A stretch of 64,000 nt of DNA from assembly GCA_902530455.1 (NCBI GenBank), contig CACAAD010000001.1:11386-75385 (forward strand), written 5' to 3'. This document shows positions 49,906-60,251 of the stretch, in pieces. The position numbers were made by a program, and so were the translations under genes. The DNA comes from an uncultured Pelagibacteraceae bacterium (lineage in GTDB: Bacteria; Pseudomonadota; Alphaproteobacteria; Pelagibacterales; Pelagibacteraceae). Positions within the stretch are counted from its first letter, which is position 1. Every line of letters starts with the position of its first letter. The notes beneath the pieces are model-generated. The model was not told the DNA's origin, searched no databases, and was given only the letters and a program-made list of their open reading frames with translations.

Positions 49906-50777
49906 TAGAGTAGTTTTGCAAATTTAAGTGCTTTTTCTACTTCTTTTTTTGTTTTTTCAGTTACTTGTACTAATGGCAGTCTTACCTCTGCCGGAGAAAG
50001 TTTTAAAAGAGATGCAGCGTATTTTACTGGTGAAGGATTGCTTTCAATGAAGAGTGCTTTGTGTAATGGGGATAAAAGATTATTGATAGATTGTGCAGTT
50101 TCATTGTCTTTCGACAAGGAAGCTTTATGAAAATCGGCGCAAAGTTTTGTTGCAACGTTAGCGGTAACGCTTATACAACCAACACCTCCCCTTTTATTGA
50201 ATTCGAGCGCATTATCATCCTCCCCAGTTAATTGGATAAACTCTTTTCCCATTTTGTTAAGCTGTATAGACACCCTGTTTAAATCACCTGTAGCATCTTT
50301 TACACCTTTTATATTTTTTAACTCATATAATCTTGCCATTGTATCTACTGTCATATCAATAACAGATCTCGAAGGTATATTGTAAATGATAATTGGAATA
50401 CCAACGCAGTCATTAATTGATTTATAATGTTGGTATAGTCCTTCTTGAGTTGGTTTATTATAATATGGTGTTACAATAAGTAATCCATCTGCGCCAGCAT
50501 TTTCGGCATGTTTCGAAAGCTCTATCGCTTCTGAAGTAGAATTGGATCCAGTTCCAGCTATAACTGGTATTTTGCCTTTACATTCTTTAATTGCTATCTC
50601 AATTACTTTTTTATGTTCAATATGAGATAAAGTTGGAGACTCGCCAGTTGTACCAGCCGGTACAACACCATTAGTGCCGTTTTTAAGATGGTGGTGTAAT
50701 ATTTCACCATAATTGGCCTCGTCTAATTTATTATTTTTAAACGGTGTTATTAACGCTACGATTGAACCTTTGAACAT
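49905..50777 (-). CDS. dapA: 4-hydroxy-tetrahydrodipicolinate synthase
   Basis: GTTGES, PYYNKP, YNIPSR and KDATG motifs. Confidence 0.96.
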   Translation of the reverse strand: MFKGSIVALITPFKNNKLDEANYGEILHHHLKNGTNGVVPAGTTGESPTLSHIEHKKVIEIAIKECKGKIPVIAGTGSNSTSEAIELSKHAENAGADGLLIVTPYYNKPTQEGLYQHYKSINDCVGIPIIIYNIPSRSVIDMTVDTMARLYELKNIKGVKDATGDLNRVSIQLNKMGKEFIQLTGEDDNALEFNKRGGVGCISVTANVATKLCADFHKASLSKDNETAQSINNLLSPLHKALFIESNPSPVKYAASLLKLSPAEVRLPLVQVTEKTKKEVEKALKFAKLL

Positions 50778-50810
50778 AAATCAATATAAGATTAATTATT
50801 ATCTATTTTT

Positions 50811-53063
50811 ATGCTTATTCGATTAATTAGTCTAGCTATTTTATTGCTTTTAATTGATACAAATCACATCAGTTTATCTGATGAAAATTTCATATTGCCT
50901 AAAGACAAACCTTCAGTTTTTAAAAAAATTGAAAAACCTAGAGCACCAAGTAAAGACTTATTACCACAATCAAAACCAATTATTAAAACTGAAACTACTC
51001 AAAAAAAGGAGGAGGTTAAAGAGAAAGTCAAAATAAAAGTAAAGACAGAAGAAAAAATAGCAAAAAAAGTTGAAAAAAAAATTACTTCTGATGCTTTCGT
51101 ATTGCCTCGAAAAAAGCCAAAAACAATTAGAAAAACAACTGCTTCAGTAAAAAAATCAAAGTTTTTAAGTCAAAAAGATTTTGAAAGGGCAAAAATAGCA
51201 TTTAGTCAAATAAAATCAGGAAAAGTGATTACTGGATACAAAACTTCTGAAAAAATAAAAGATAAAGACTTTAAATTGTTTGTTCAGTGGCTTTATTTGA
51301 TGAAAAGTTCAAATAACGCAACTTTTTCAACATATGAAAATTTTATAAGAAATAATTTAGATTTTCCGAGAATAGGAAGATTACAATACTTGGCTGAACA
51401 AAAGATTTATCTCAAAAATTCCTCCCCTAAAAATATAATTAGATGGTTTGATGATTTTCCGCCTGTTAGTGGTACGGGAAAATTAAAATTAGGTGAAGCG
51501 TACTTTGATCTTAAAGATATAAATAATTCTAGAGAATTAATAAAAGAAGGTTGGATAAATGCAGATTTGAGTAAGAGTCAATTAAGATTTTATCGAAAAA
51601 AATTCAAATCAATATTAGATAGTGAAGATCATATAAAAAGAGCAGATTATTTGGCCTGGAATAAAAAGTATTGGGACCTAAAGAGAATGCTTGTCTATTT
51701 GCCTTCAGATTTTAAAGCACTATATAACGCTAGACAAATACTAATGAGTAATTCTTATGGAGTTGATAATGCTATTGCAAAAGTTCCTGATAGATTTAAA
51801 AAAGATATTGGACTTGAATACGATAGATTAAAATGGAGAAACAGAAGAGGAAGATTAGAATCCTCTCTTCAAATACTTTACGATAATTCAAATAGATCTG
51901 AAGAAGAACTTGTTAGAGCTGACCTGTGGTGGAAACAAAGAGAAAGTATAGTAAGAAGTTTAATTTATAAAAAAAGGTATAAAACTGCTTATAAAGTAGC
52001 AAGTGAACACTCACTTTCTTCTGGGCCAGAATTTGCAGAAGCTGAATGGTTGGCGGGTTGGATTGCTCATTCATTCCTTAAATCACAAGAATACGCTATA
52101 AACCATTTTTTAAATTTTTATGATAATGTAAGTTACCCTATTAGTGTGGCAAGAGGTGCTTACTGGTTAGGAAAGTCATATCAAGAAACTGGTAATATCA
52201 AAAAAGCTGAAGAATATTTTAAATCTGGTTCAAAATTTTTAACAACATATTATGGACAACTTAGTTTCAAAGAAATTAATTATGGGGGAGAATTTACTTT
52301 AAAAGAAGACTCTTTATATTCCAAAGATTATGAGAAAGAATTCTCGAAAAATAGACTTGTAAGAATCATTAAAATTCTTAAAGAACTTGATCACACGAAA
52401 TATTCAAAAGATGTCCTTAAACATCTAGCAAGTTTAAATATTGATCAAGGTAGCGAGGTATTAGCAGCAAAATTATCTACTGAGATAGAGAGATATGATT
52501 TTGCTATTCAAATTTCTAAAAAAGCTTCGTATGAAAAAAGATTTTATTTGAAATATAATTATCCGATTATTTCAACACCAAGAGAAATTAACAATAAGCC
52601 TATGCCCCCAAGTGAAATGATACACGCTATTATAAGACAAGAAAGTGAATTTGATAGTAAAGCAAATAGTTATGCTGGTGCTAGAGGTATGATGCAATTA
52701 ATGAAATATACCGCCAAGATTGTAGCAAAACAAGCAAAGCTGCCTTATAGCATTAGTGGTTTAACAGATGATCCTATTTATAATATAAAATTAGGGTCTT
52801 ATTATTTTGACGGATTATTAACTGATTATAACGGAGTTTATCCATTCGCAATAGCAGCCTACAACGCGGGCCCTAATAGGGTAAAAACTTGGAGAAGAGT
52901 TAATGGTGATCCAACTAAAAATCAATTAAGTTATATAGACTGGATTGAATTAATAAGGTTTAAAGAAACTAGAAATTATGTTCAAAGAGTTCTAGAAAAC
53001 GTTAATGTATATAAATACATGATTAGTAAGGAACCAGTTAAAATTGAGGAATTTTTTAAATAA
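50811..53063 (+). CDS. Soluble lytic murein transglycosylase (Slt70-like)
   Basis: IRQESEF, GARGMMQLM, AYNAGP and ETRNYVQRV motifs. Confidence 0.92.
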   Translation: MLIRLISLAILLLLIDTNHISLSDENFILPKDKPSVFKKIEKPRAPSKDLLPQSKPIIKTETTQKKEEVKEKVKIKVKTEEKIAKKVEKKITSDAFVLPRKKPKTIRKTTASVKKSKFLSQKDFERAKIAFSQIKSGKVITGYKTSEKIKDKDFKLFVQWLYLMKSSNNATFSTYENFIRNNLDFPRIGRLQYLAEQKIYLKNSSPKNIIRWFDDFPPVSGTGKLKLGEAYFDLKDINNSRELIKEGWINADLSKSQLRFYRKKFKSILDSEDHIKRADYLAWNKKYWDLKRMLVYLPSDFKALYNARQILMSNSYGVDNAIAKVPDRFKKDIGLEYDRLKWRNRRGRLESSLQILYDNSNRSEEELVRADLWWKQRESIVRSLIYKKRYKTAYKVASEHSLSSGPEFAEAEWLAGWIAHSFLKSQEYAINHFLNFYDNVSYPISVARGAYWLGKSYQETGNIKKAEEYFKSGSKFLTTYYGQLSFKEINYGGEFTLKEDSLYSKDYEKEFSKNRLVRIIKILKELDHTKYSKDVLKHLASLNIDQGSEVLAAKLSTEIERYDFAIQISKKASYEKRFYLKYNYPIISTPREINNKPMPPSEMIHAIIRQESEFDSKANSYAGARGMMQLMKYTAKIVAKQAKLPYSISGLTDDPIYNIKLGSYYFDGLLTDYNGVYPFAIAAYNAGPNRVKTWRRVNGDPTKNQLSYIDWIELIRFKETRNYVQRVLENVNVYKYMISKEPVKIEEFFK

Positions 53064-53064
53064 C

Positions 53065-53156
53065 TGGCGGAAGAGGAGAGATTCGAACTCTCGGTACGAT
53101 GTTACTCGTACGGTTAGTTAGCAACCAACTGGTTTCAACCGCTCACCCACTCTTCC
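53065..53156 (-). tRNA. tRNA-Ser (GCT)
   Basis: GGAAGAGTGGGTGAGCGGTTGAAACCAGTTGGTTGCTAACTAACCGTACGAGTAACATCGTACCGAGAGTTCGAATCTCTCCTCTTCCGCCA; long variable arm. Confidence 0.96.
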
Positions 53157-53225
53157 ATATTTCCAGTGTTATTTAGTTCTAATTATTAAATTATTACCAT
53201 ATAAATCAATCAAAAAAATGGTGAA

Positions 53226-54098
53226 ATGAAAAAAAAATTATTTGAAGGATCTCTGTTTACAGCTGGTGCCTCTCTTTGGTGGGGTATCATAGGTGTAATT
53301 TATTTTAAATTTGTGTCATTTGCATCACCTCTTGAGTTGACAATACATCGTACTATTTGGACTACATTGCTTTTAGTGTTTACAACCTTTTATTTTGGAA
53401 AATGGTCAGAATTTAAAAAAGTATCAAAATCTCTAAGTACTTTGGGTTTATTATTACTCACTGGGGTTTTAGTTTCTATAAATTGGTTTACATGGCTTTA
53501 TTCCATCTCAGTAAACAACATGCTAGATGCATCACTTGGTTATTACATTTTTCCTATATTAAGTGTTTTTTTGGGTAGAATATTTTTAAAAGAAAAAATT
53601 AATAGAAATAAATCAATCGCTATATTGCTTGTCTTTTTATCAATAATTTATTTACTAATTGAATTTAAGAGTATTCCATGGATTGGGTTGACAGTCGCAA
53701 TCACATTTAGTTTTTATACATTAATAAGAAAAAAAATAAATATTTCATCAGATATAGGACTATTTTTTGAAACATTGTTAATTTCTCCAATAGCATTAAT
53801 TTTATTCAGTTCTCTAGTTCTAAAGAGCACAAATGTCTTTGGATTTGAAAATCCTACATTATCTTTTTATTTGTTTTTTGCTGGTTTAATGACGCTAGTC
53901 CCTCTCTTTATGTACATAAAAGGATTTGAACTAATAGGAATAGGACCTGCGAGTATGATATTTTTTCTGACCCCAACAGCTCAATTTTTTTTAAGTATAT
54001 TTTACCTTGGTCAACCACTTGAAATAGAAAAATTAATCAGTTTCTTATTTATATGGATAGCAGTAATAATTTATCTTAATGAATTACGTAAAGAGTGA
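53226..54098 (+). CDS. rarD: EamA family transporter RarD
   Basis: NWFTWLY...DASLGYYIFP...FLKEK; ~10 TMs. Confidence 0.88.
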   Translation: MKKKLFEGSLFTAGASLWWGIIGVIYFKFVSFASPLELTIHRTIWTTLLLVFTTFYFGKWSEFKKVSKSLSTLGLLLLTGVLVSINWFTWLYSISVNNMLDASLGYYIFPILSVFLGRIFLKEKINRNKSIAILLVFLSIIYLLIEFKSIPWIGLTVAITFSFYTLIRKKINISSDIGLFFETLLISPIALILFSSLVLKSTNVFGFENPTLSFYLFFAGLMTLVPLFMYIKGFELIGIGPASMIFFLTPTAQFFLSIFYLGQPLEIEKLISFLFIWIAVIIYLNELRKE

Positions 54099-55522
54099 GA
54101 AAAAACTATTATAAAAGGAACAAATAAAGATACGAGAAATGATATAAAAAGTAAATTTGTTCTTATAAAAATTGAAAAATTATCAATTGGTATTAAATTA
54201 CCGACTAAAATACTTGTCTCAAAATTTTGACTTGGAAAAAATAACAGGCCGAAAATCAAACCAAGAGATATTGAATAAGCCGCAAGTTTGGGATTAATCT
54301 TTTTGTTAAAAAAACCGTAGAAAATTGTAACAACCGCCCCACAACATAGAAGATCAGCTAGTAAAAATAAGTATAATATACTATATCCTCTTGATGCAAA
54401 AATAAAAACTATAGAGCATATTAATAAAATAATAAAATTTGTTTTCTGTTTAATTTTTTTTCCTTTAAGTATTTTGTTTATTTGATTACCATTTACGATT
54501 AACAAACTTGAAATAGCATTTATTAATGTATCAATGGTACTAAACGTTAATGAAAGTGCTAAAATTAAAATAGCCACGACTATTAATGAATTTTTTTTAT
54601 CTAGAACTAAATCAAAAAAAGCGAGATCTGGGGTTACTTTAGAATTTAAAGAAAAAGATATTAAACCTGAATATCCCATCCAAAAAACTATTATAAAAAT
54701 TATTATAGAAGAATTAATTAAACTTTTTTTCAATATTAAATTATTTTTTGCTGAAAAGACTCTTTGCCAATTTCCTTGATGAAATAAATTTGTACAAGCC
54801 ACTGCTATGAAAAAAGTTAAACCCGCTGTGTAAGTGGGTAAATAATCTTTGCTAATTAATTGTGGTGAATTTATTTTAATTATTTCGTAACTTGTTAGAT
54901 TTAAATTGTTTAATATTAGTATTAAAGAAAATAAAATAATGCATATTATAAAAATAAACTGATATTTGTCAGTAATAACTGAAAGTTTGAATCCACCTCT
55001 TAATATATAAAGTAAACAAATTATTAATGTTAAGCCTGCCGAAACCCATAATGGAATTTTTGAAATATAATTTAATAAAAATGCTATAGCTGTAACCTCA
55101 GCAATTAAAAAAATTATCAAATAAAATAGTATTAAGAATAAACTTAATTTTAATATAGTTTGACCAAATCTTTTTTGTATAAATTCTGTTAGTGTTAAAC
55201 CGTTTGGAAATTCTCTTCGGATTTTAGGGCCAAAATTGTAAAGAAATAACATTGGTGCGGCTGTACCTAATGCATAACCGATTACGGCACCTATCCCTCC
55301 CCAAGTAGCTGCAGAGGGAGGGCCAAATAAAATCCAAGCTCCCAGTGCTGAGGCTGTTAGGCTTGAAGTTAATGAAAACGTATTTTCATCCCGTTCACCA
55401 ACAATATAATTTTTATTATTAAATATTTTTTTATTATTTAAGTAACCCAGCCATATAAAGAACAGACCAATTAATATTGTGATAGTTGCTGTTGTTTGTT
55501 GCGTTAAAAGTATTTTATCCAT
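54071..55522 (-). CDS. thiV: Sodium:solute symporter, ThiV-type (thiamine-precursor/HMP transporter)
   Basis: SSS-like TM pattern (ASALGAWIL, TDKYQ, FHQGNWQRV) directly under a TPP-type riboswitch. Confidence 0.75.
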   Translation of the reverse strand: MDKILLTQQTTATITILIGLFFIWLGYLNNKKIFNNKNYIVGERDENTFSLTSSLTASALGAWILFGPPSAATWGGIGAVIGYALGTAAPMLFLYNFGPKIRREFPNGLTLTEFIQKRFGQTILKLSLFLILFYLIIFLIAEVTAIAFLLNYISKIPLWVSAGLTLIICLLYILRGGFKLSVITDKYQFIFIICIILFSLILILNNLNLTSYEIIKINSPQLISKDYLPTYTAGLTFFIAVACTNLFHQGNWQRVFSAKNNLILKKSLINSSIIIFIIVFWMGYSGLISFSLNSKVTPDLAFFDLVLDKKNSLIVVAILILALSLTFSTIDTLINAISSLLIVNGNQINKILKGKKIKQKTNFIILLICSIVFIFASRGYSILYLFLLADLLCCGAVVTIFYGFFNKKINPKLAAYSISLGLIFGLLFFPSQNFETSILVGNLIPIDNFSIFIRTNLLFISFLVSLFVPFIIVFSHSLRNSLR

Positions 55523-55588
55523 AGTTCCCTTACTGAATTACCGGTCAGGTTCGTCGGGTATAATCTCAGTCTTTCTGACACCCCGTAT
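55523..55588 (-). promoter_or_regulatory. TPP-class riboswitch (minimal, variant P5 and J5/4)
   Basis: GGGGTGTCAGAAAGACTGAGATTATACCCGACGAACCTGACCGGTAATTCAGTAAGGGAACT immediately before the ATG; has GGGGUG, CUGAGA, AUACCC and GAACCUGA. Confidence 0.85.
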
Positions 55589-55592
55589 TTTT

Positions 55593-56876
55593 TTATACTA
55601 CTATTTTAGGCAAAGAGTCAAATGAAGCAGTATCTATTTTAGATGAATGTTCTCTTCTCATTTTCCAACCTTTGCTCAGTCCTGCTTGAGCTATACTGAT
55701 CGCATATCTTCCGTATTTTGTATTAGTATAATCTATAGCCTTCATTAATTTCTTAGATTTGTTTTCAAGAAGTGGAGTTAAAAGGTTCTGATCATTTTGA
55801 TTTGCATCTTTCAATCCTGACAAGATTATTCCAGCTTTTTGATAAGCATAACCGTATTTGTATATATCGGTTAGTGCTTTAACAGCATTTTTTATTAATT
55901 CTATACTATTACTAGTAGGGATTGCTAAATCTATTGTTTTTGAATTAGAGTAGTATCTTCTATTTTTATCAAATGGACTTGTTCTAATAAATACTGTTAT
56001 TGTTTTTGCTATTTGATCATCAGCTCTAATTTTTTCTGCTGCATTCAAGCAGTGTGTAATAACCGATTCCTCTAATTCATTTAAATCTTTTACTTTTCTA
56101 CCAAATGATCTTGAAACGCAACAATTCTTTCTTTTTTCTTGATCTATTTGTAAGTCAATACAAGGTATCCCTCTTAATTCCATCGCTGTTTTCGCACCTA
56201 AAACATTTGTTCCCTTTTTTACCCAGGTATTTGAAACATTTTTTAAATCATAAGCGTTACTTATATTATTCTTATGGTAAAACTTAGATAGCTGTTTGCC
56301 TACTCCCCAAACATCTTCGATTGGAAAGTTTTTTAATTTTTCATCAATATTCGTATTTAAATAAATTACACCTGCTTTTTCTTTTTTCGCTATATGATTG
56401 GCTACCTTGCTTAATGTTTTTGTACTGGCTATACCTACGCTTGTTGGTATACCTGTCCACTTAAGAACTCTTGATCTTATCTCTCTTCCATAATCTTCAG
56501 CTCCTTTTTCGTCTATAAAAGATAAATCAATAAAAGCTTCATCGATCGAGTAAATTTCTACTTTTGGTGAAAAAGTTTTTAATACTTTCATAACTCTTCT
56601 CGATATATCTCCATACAATGCGTAGTTTGAAGAATACACTTCAACTTTATTTTTTTTTACTAAATCTTTTACTTTGAAGTAGGGCTCTCCCATTTTAATA
56701 CCTAAATCTTTTGCTTCTCTTGATCTAGATATTACGCATCCATCATTATTTGACAAAACAACCACAGCTTTTTTTTGTATCTTAGGATTAAAAAGTCTCT
56801 CACAAGATACGTAAAATGAATTACAATCTACTAAGGCTATTTTATTTTTCTTAGTTGTGTACTTGATGGATGACAT
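55593..56876 (-). CDS. umuC: Y-family DNA polymerase V catalytic subunit
   Basis: VDCNSFYVSCE, LSNNDGC, SSNYALYGD and YSIDEAF motifs. Confidence 0.95.
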   Translation of the reverse strand: MSSIKYTTKKNKIALVDCNSFYVSCERLFNPKIQKKAVVVLSNNDGCVISRSREAKDLGIKMGEPYFKVKDLVKKNKVEVYSSNYALYGDISRRVMKVLKTFSPKVEIYSIDEAFIDLSFIDEKGAEDYGREIRSRVLKWTGIPTSVGIASTKTLSKVANHIAKKEKAGVIYLNTNIDEKLKNFPIEDVWGVGKQLSKFYHKNNISNAYDLKNVSNTWVKKGTNVLGAKTAMELRGIPCIDLQIDQEKRKNCCVSRSFGRKVKDLNELEESVITHCLNAAEKIRADDQIAKTITVFIRTSPFDKNRRYYSNSKTIDLAIPTSNSIELIKNAVKALTDIYKYGYAYQKAGIILSGLKDANQNDQNLLTPLLENKSKKLMKAIDYTNTKYGRYAISIAQAGLSKGWKMRREHSSKIDTASFDSLPKIVV

Positions 56877-57249
56877 AAGTTACTACTCCCCAAATAATTA
56901 CTTCTTGATCTTTTGCTAAATGAATTCTTTCTGATTTTTTTTTAGATCCAGACGTTAAAAATGTTTCCCCTTTTTCTTTCAGGATTGTTTTCACCACTAA
57001 TTCATCGTTAACATTGGCTATAACTGTTGAAAGGTTTTTTGGGTTAATACTTCGATCTACTATTAATAAATCACCATCGTAGATTCCTACGCTATTCATA
57101 GACTTGCCTTGCACTCTAATTATAAATGTTGCTGGTGAATTTTTTATAAGATGATGATTTAAATCTACATCGTCCTCTATGTAATCTGTTGCGGGAGAGG
57201 GAAAACCCGCTCCTACTTTGTGTATGTAATAAGGTATTTTCAGCTCCAT
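56851..57249 (-). CDS. umuD: DNA polymerase V accessory subunit (S24 peptidase)
   Basis: AGFPSPA cleavage region, GKSM, VVK and WGVV motifs. Confidence 0.93.
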   Translation of the reverse strand: MELKIPYYIHKVGAGFPSPATDYIEDDVDLNHHLIKNSPATFIIRVQGKSMNSVGIYDGDLLIVDRSINPKNLSTVIANVNDELVVKTILKEKGETFLTSGSKKKSERIHLAKDQEVIIWGVVTYVIHQVHN

Positions 57250-57253
57250 AAAT

Positions 57254-57268
57254 GTTCTTATTTTGTTC
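57254..57268 (-). promoter_or_regulatory. Alphaproteobacterial LexA (SOS) box
   Basis: GTTC-TTATTTT-GTTC (GAAC-N7-GAAC on the coding strand), 4 nt upstream of the umuD start. Confidence 0.85.
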
Positions 57269-57358
57269 TTTTATAGAAAAAAATTTTACTTTAGTCAACC
57301 ATTATATATGGGGCAATATGCGTTTGGAAAATGAACGACTGAAAAGTTAAGAATAAAT

Positions 57359-58126
57359 ATGAAAAAAATTATTGTAGTTTTTACATTATTACTAATGACC
57401 GCATCAGCAAACGCGGAGTCTAAACTTCAAACAATTAAAAAAAATGGGGAATTAAGAGTTGGAACGACTGGAGATTGGGATCCAATGTCTATGAAAGATC
57501 CAGCAACTAATAAGTATAAAGGTTTCGACATAGATGTAATGAAAGAGCTCGCAAAAGATTTGGGTGTAAAGGTAAAATTCGTGCCTGCAGAGTGGAAAAC
57601 AATAGTGGCTGGAATTACAGCTGATAGATATGATATTTCTACAAGCGTAACTAAAACTCCGAAAAGAGCTGAAGTAGCCGGCTTTACTGAAACATATTTT
57701 AAATACGGAACTGTGCCTTTAGTGCTAAAGAAAAATCTGAAAAAGTTTCAAACTTGGGATTCTTTAAATAACAAGAAAGTGAAAATAGCTACTACTTTAG
57801 GTACATCCCAAGAAGAAAAAGCTAAAGAATTTTTTCCAAAATCAAAACTAAGATCAATAGAAGCTCCAGCAAGAGATTATCAAGAAGTTTTAGCTGGAAG
57901 AGCTGACGGAAATATTACTAGCTCACTAGAAGCAAACAAATTAGTCATTAAATATCCTCAATTAGCTATTGTGCCAGACGGAGGGAAGAACCCTGCTTTT
58001 TTAGCTATGATGGTTCCAAAAGGAGATAAAGTTTGGAATGATTACGTCAGCAATTGGATTAAAAGAAAACAAATTTCTGGGTTTTTCATGACCTTAGAAG
58101 CAAAATACAATCTTAAAAGCTTATAA
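57359..58126 (+). CDS. Polar amino-acid ABC substrate-binding protein, cyclohexadienyl dehydratase (PheC)-related
   Basis: Signal peptide; [12 protein letters not shown] and GFDIDV motifs; SBP_bac_3 pattern. Confidence 0.85.
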   Translation: MKKIIVVFTLLLMTASANAESKLQTIKKNGELRVGTTGDWDPMSMKDPATNKYKGFDIDVMKELAKDLGVKVKFVPAEWKTIVAGITADRYDISTSVTKTPKRAEVAGFTETYFKYGTVPLVLKKNLKKFQTWDSLNNKKVKIATTLGTSQEEKAKEFFPKSKLRSIEAPARDYQEVLAGRADGNITSSLEANKLVIKYPQLAIVPDGGKNPAFLAMMVPKGDKVWNDYVSNWIKRKQISGFFMTLEAKYNLKSL

Positions 58127-58167
58127 TTTTAGTTTTAATAACTTCCATTAGTTAATATAGTGAATGG

Positions 58168-58902
58168 GTGAAGGCAAGTAAATTTATTTTATTATTATTT
58201 ATTCTTCCAGGATGTAGTTCTAACTACGAGTGGGGTTGGTATATATTAAGTCCGGACAACGTTGAAGGTTTAACCAATTTGAAGTTTTTAATAAGTGGTA
58301 TTACAACAACTATTTATATTTCAATAGTTTCTATTTTTTTGGCAATGATTATTGGATTGATAATAGCATTACCCTCTTTATCTAATAATAAATTTTTAAG
58401 TTATTTTAATATTGCTTATGTTGAAATAGTGCGTGCAATACCATTATTAGTTTTAATCCTTTGGATATATTATGGATTACCAATAATGTTGGGAATTAGC
58501 TTTTCACCTTTCGTATCTGGTATAATTGCTTTAACGATTAGCGAAAGTGCATTCCAAGCTGAAATTTTTAGGGCTGGAATAAACTCAATAAACAAAGGTC
58601 AGCATGAAGTATCAGATTCTCTTGGGATGGATTTTTGGAAAAAAATGAGATTAGTTATACTTCCTCAAGCAATCAAAGTAGTTTTGCCAGCTATGGGTAA
58701 TCAATTTGTTTATGTGTTAAAAATGTCATCATTGGTATCAATTATCGGGATAGCAGACTTAACGAGGAAAGCAAACGAACTTGTGACAACAACTTACAGG
58801 CCTCTTGAAATTTATACATTTTTAATTTTAGAATATTTAGTTTTAATTTTGGTTGTATCTTATTTTGTAAGAAAATTAGAAAATAAATTAAAATACGAAT
58901 AA
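58168..58902 (+). CDS. Amino acid ABC transporter permease (HisM family)
   Basis: YVEIVRAIPLLV, AEIFRAGI, GQ.E...LG and ILPQA motifs. Confidence 0.92.
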   Translation: MKASKFILLLFILPGCSSNYEWGWYILSPDNVEGLTNLKFLISGITTTIYISIVSIFLAMIIGLIIALPSLSNNKFLSYFNIAYVEIVRAIPLLVLILWIYYGLPIMLGISFSPFVSGIIALTISESAFQAEIFRAGINSINKGQHEVSDSLGMDFWKKMRLVILPQAIKVVLPAMGNQFVYVLKMSSLVSIIGIADLTRKANELVTTTYRPLEIYTFLILEYLVLILVVSYFVRKLENKLKYE

Positions 58903-60249
58903 TCTTTTAAATGAAACTCTAAAAACCTTTTTTAAAAAGAACGGCACAAAAGCTAATACTATTATTCCCATACACCAATTAGTTGCCATTATTGTATAAA
59001 AAATGTCCTGATATTCTCCTTTTTTTATATTTATAACGTACCACAAAGACATAAATGGTATTAATGTTAATCTGAGAATAGTCATATACAAACTATAAAT
59101 AGGTTTTTTAAGTGCTTGAAATAAAGCTGAGGTGATGAAGAATACTGGATACACTGGTCCAATTAAAGCTGCGACTTGTAAATAAAGTGCTCCACTTTTA
59201 ATAACTTGAAGATCATTGGTAAATAATGAAATTATGATTTCAGATGTCAAAAATACAAAAAAACCTGCTAATACCATGAATCCAGAACCAAACATTAATG
59301 CTTTTCCATAAACTTCTTTAACCCTAAAGTGCATTTTTGCTCCATAATTTTGACCGGCGATTGATAAAACGGCAGTATTTAAGCCTATAACAGGTAGTAA
59401 TAAAACTTGTTCTATTCTAACCGCCGTACCATAACCTGCTGTTGCTAGCTCGCCAAATTGACCAACAAAATAGAAAATATTAAATACTCCAAACATTATC
59501 ATTAACATAGTAAACATTATTGGAACCGACTGTTTAAAAAGTGTGCTGATGTAATCAAACTTTGGTTTAAAGCATTCTAAGTATAAGTACTTTTTTAACT
59601 TACAACAATAAACTTTATTAGCTAAATAAATTAAACCTATACACTGAGATACTAATGTGGCTATTGCTAAGCCGGCAATTCCAAATGCTGGGATAAACCC
59701 ATAACCAAAAATAAATAAAGGATTAAGAAATATATTTAAGAAGAAAGTAAATATTAAAACGTTTCTATAACTTTTCGTATCACCTTGTGCATTCAAAGTT
59801 CCATTTAAAGATAACTGAACTAATACAATTATAGCGCCAAAAAATATTATATCTAGGTATTCACGTGTTAAAATTATACTTTCTTCAGTAGATCCCATAA
59901 TTCTTAAAAGTTCATCGGAAAAATTTAAACCAAACACAGTTACAAAAATCGAGATAACAATTGCTAGTACTATAGACTGAGCAACATACATGGAGGCTTT
60001 TTTGTCTTCTTTAGCTCCTATAGAATTACTTATTAAGGCTGTAGTACCAGCACCAATACCAACAGCCACAGCTATAGCTATAAAATAAATTGGCCAAGAT
60101 TTAGCTATTGCTGCTAGTGCTTCTGGAGAAATTCTTCCTGCAAAATAAGTATCAACTAGATTATAAAAAGTTTGAAAAAGAGATCCAGTGCTAGCGGGTA
60201 TAGTTACTTTTCTTAAAAGTTGCCAAATTGAGCCTTTTGTTAAATCCAT
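58888..60249 (-). CDS. MATE family efflux transporter
   Basis: YNLVDTYFAG, GDTK, NIFLNPLFIFG and GQNYGA motifs. Confidence 0.92.
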   Translation of the reverse strand: MDLTKGSIWQLLRKVTIPASTGSLFQTFYNLVDTYFAGRISPEALAAIAKSWPIYFIAIAVAVGIGAGTTALISNSIGAKEDKKASMYVAQSIVLAIVISIFVTVFGLNFSDELLRIMGSTEESIILTREYLDIIFFGAIIVLVQLSLNGTLNAQGDTKSYRNVLIFTFFLNIFLNPLFIFGYGFIPAFGIAGLAIATLVSQCIGLIYLANKVYCCKLKKYLYLECFKPKFDYISTLFKQSVPIMFTMLMIMFGVFNIFYFVGQFGELATAGYGTAVRIEQVLLLPVIGLNTAVLSIAGQNYGAKMHFRVKEVYGKALMFGSGFMVLAGFFVFLTSEIIISLFTNDLQVIKSGALYLQVAALIGPVYPVFFITSALFQALKKPIYSLYMTILRLTLIPFMSLWYVINIKKGEYQDIFYTIMATNWCMGIIVLAFVPFFLKKVFRVSFKRLFVF

Positions 60250-60251
60250 GT

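Noticed and set aside
53065-53156. tRNA-Ser as a possible integration site
   Set aside because: Its 3' end abuts the slt stop codon and I saw no duplicated fragment
57308-57350. Tiny uORFs ([18 protein letters not shown]) and a weak hairpin upstream of the PheC-like SBP
   Set aside because: No tandem regulatory codons, terminator or recognisable riboswitch consensus
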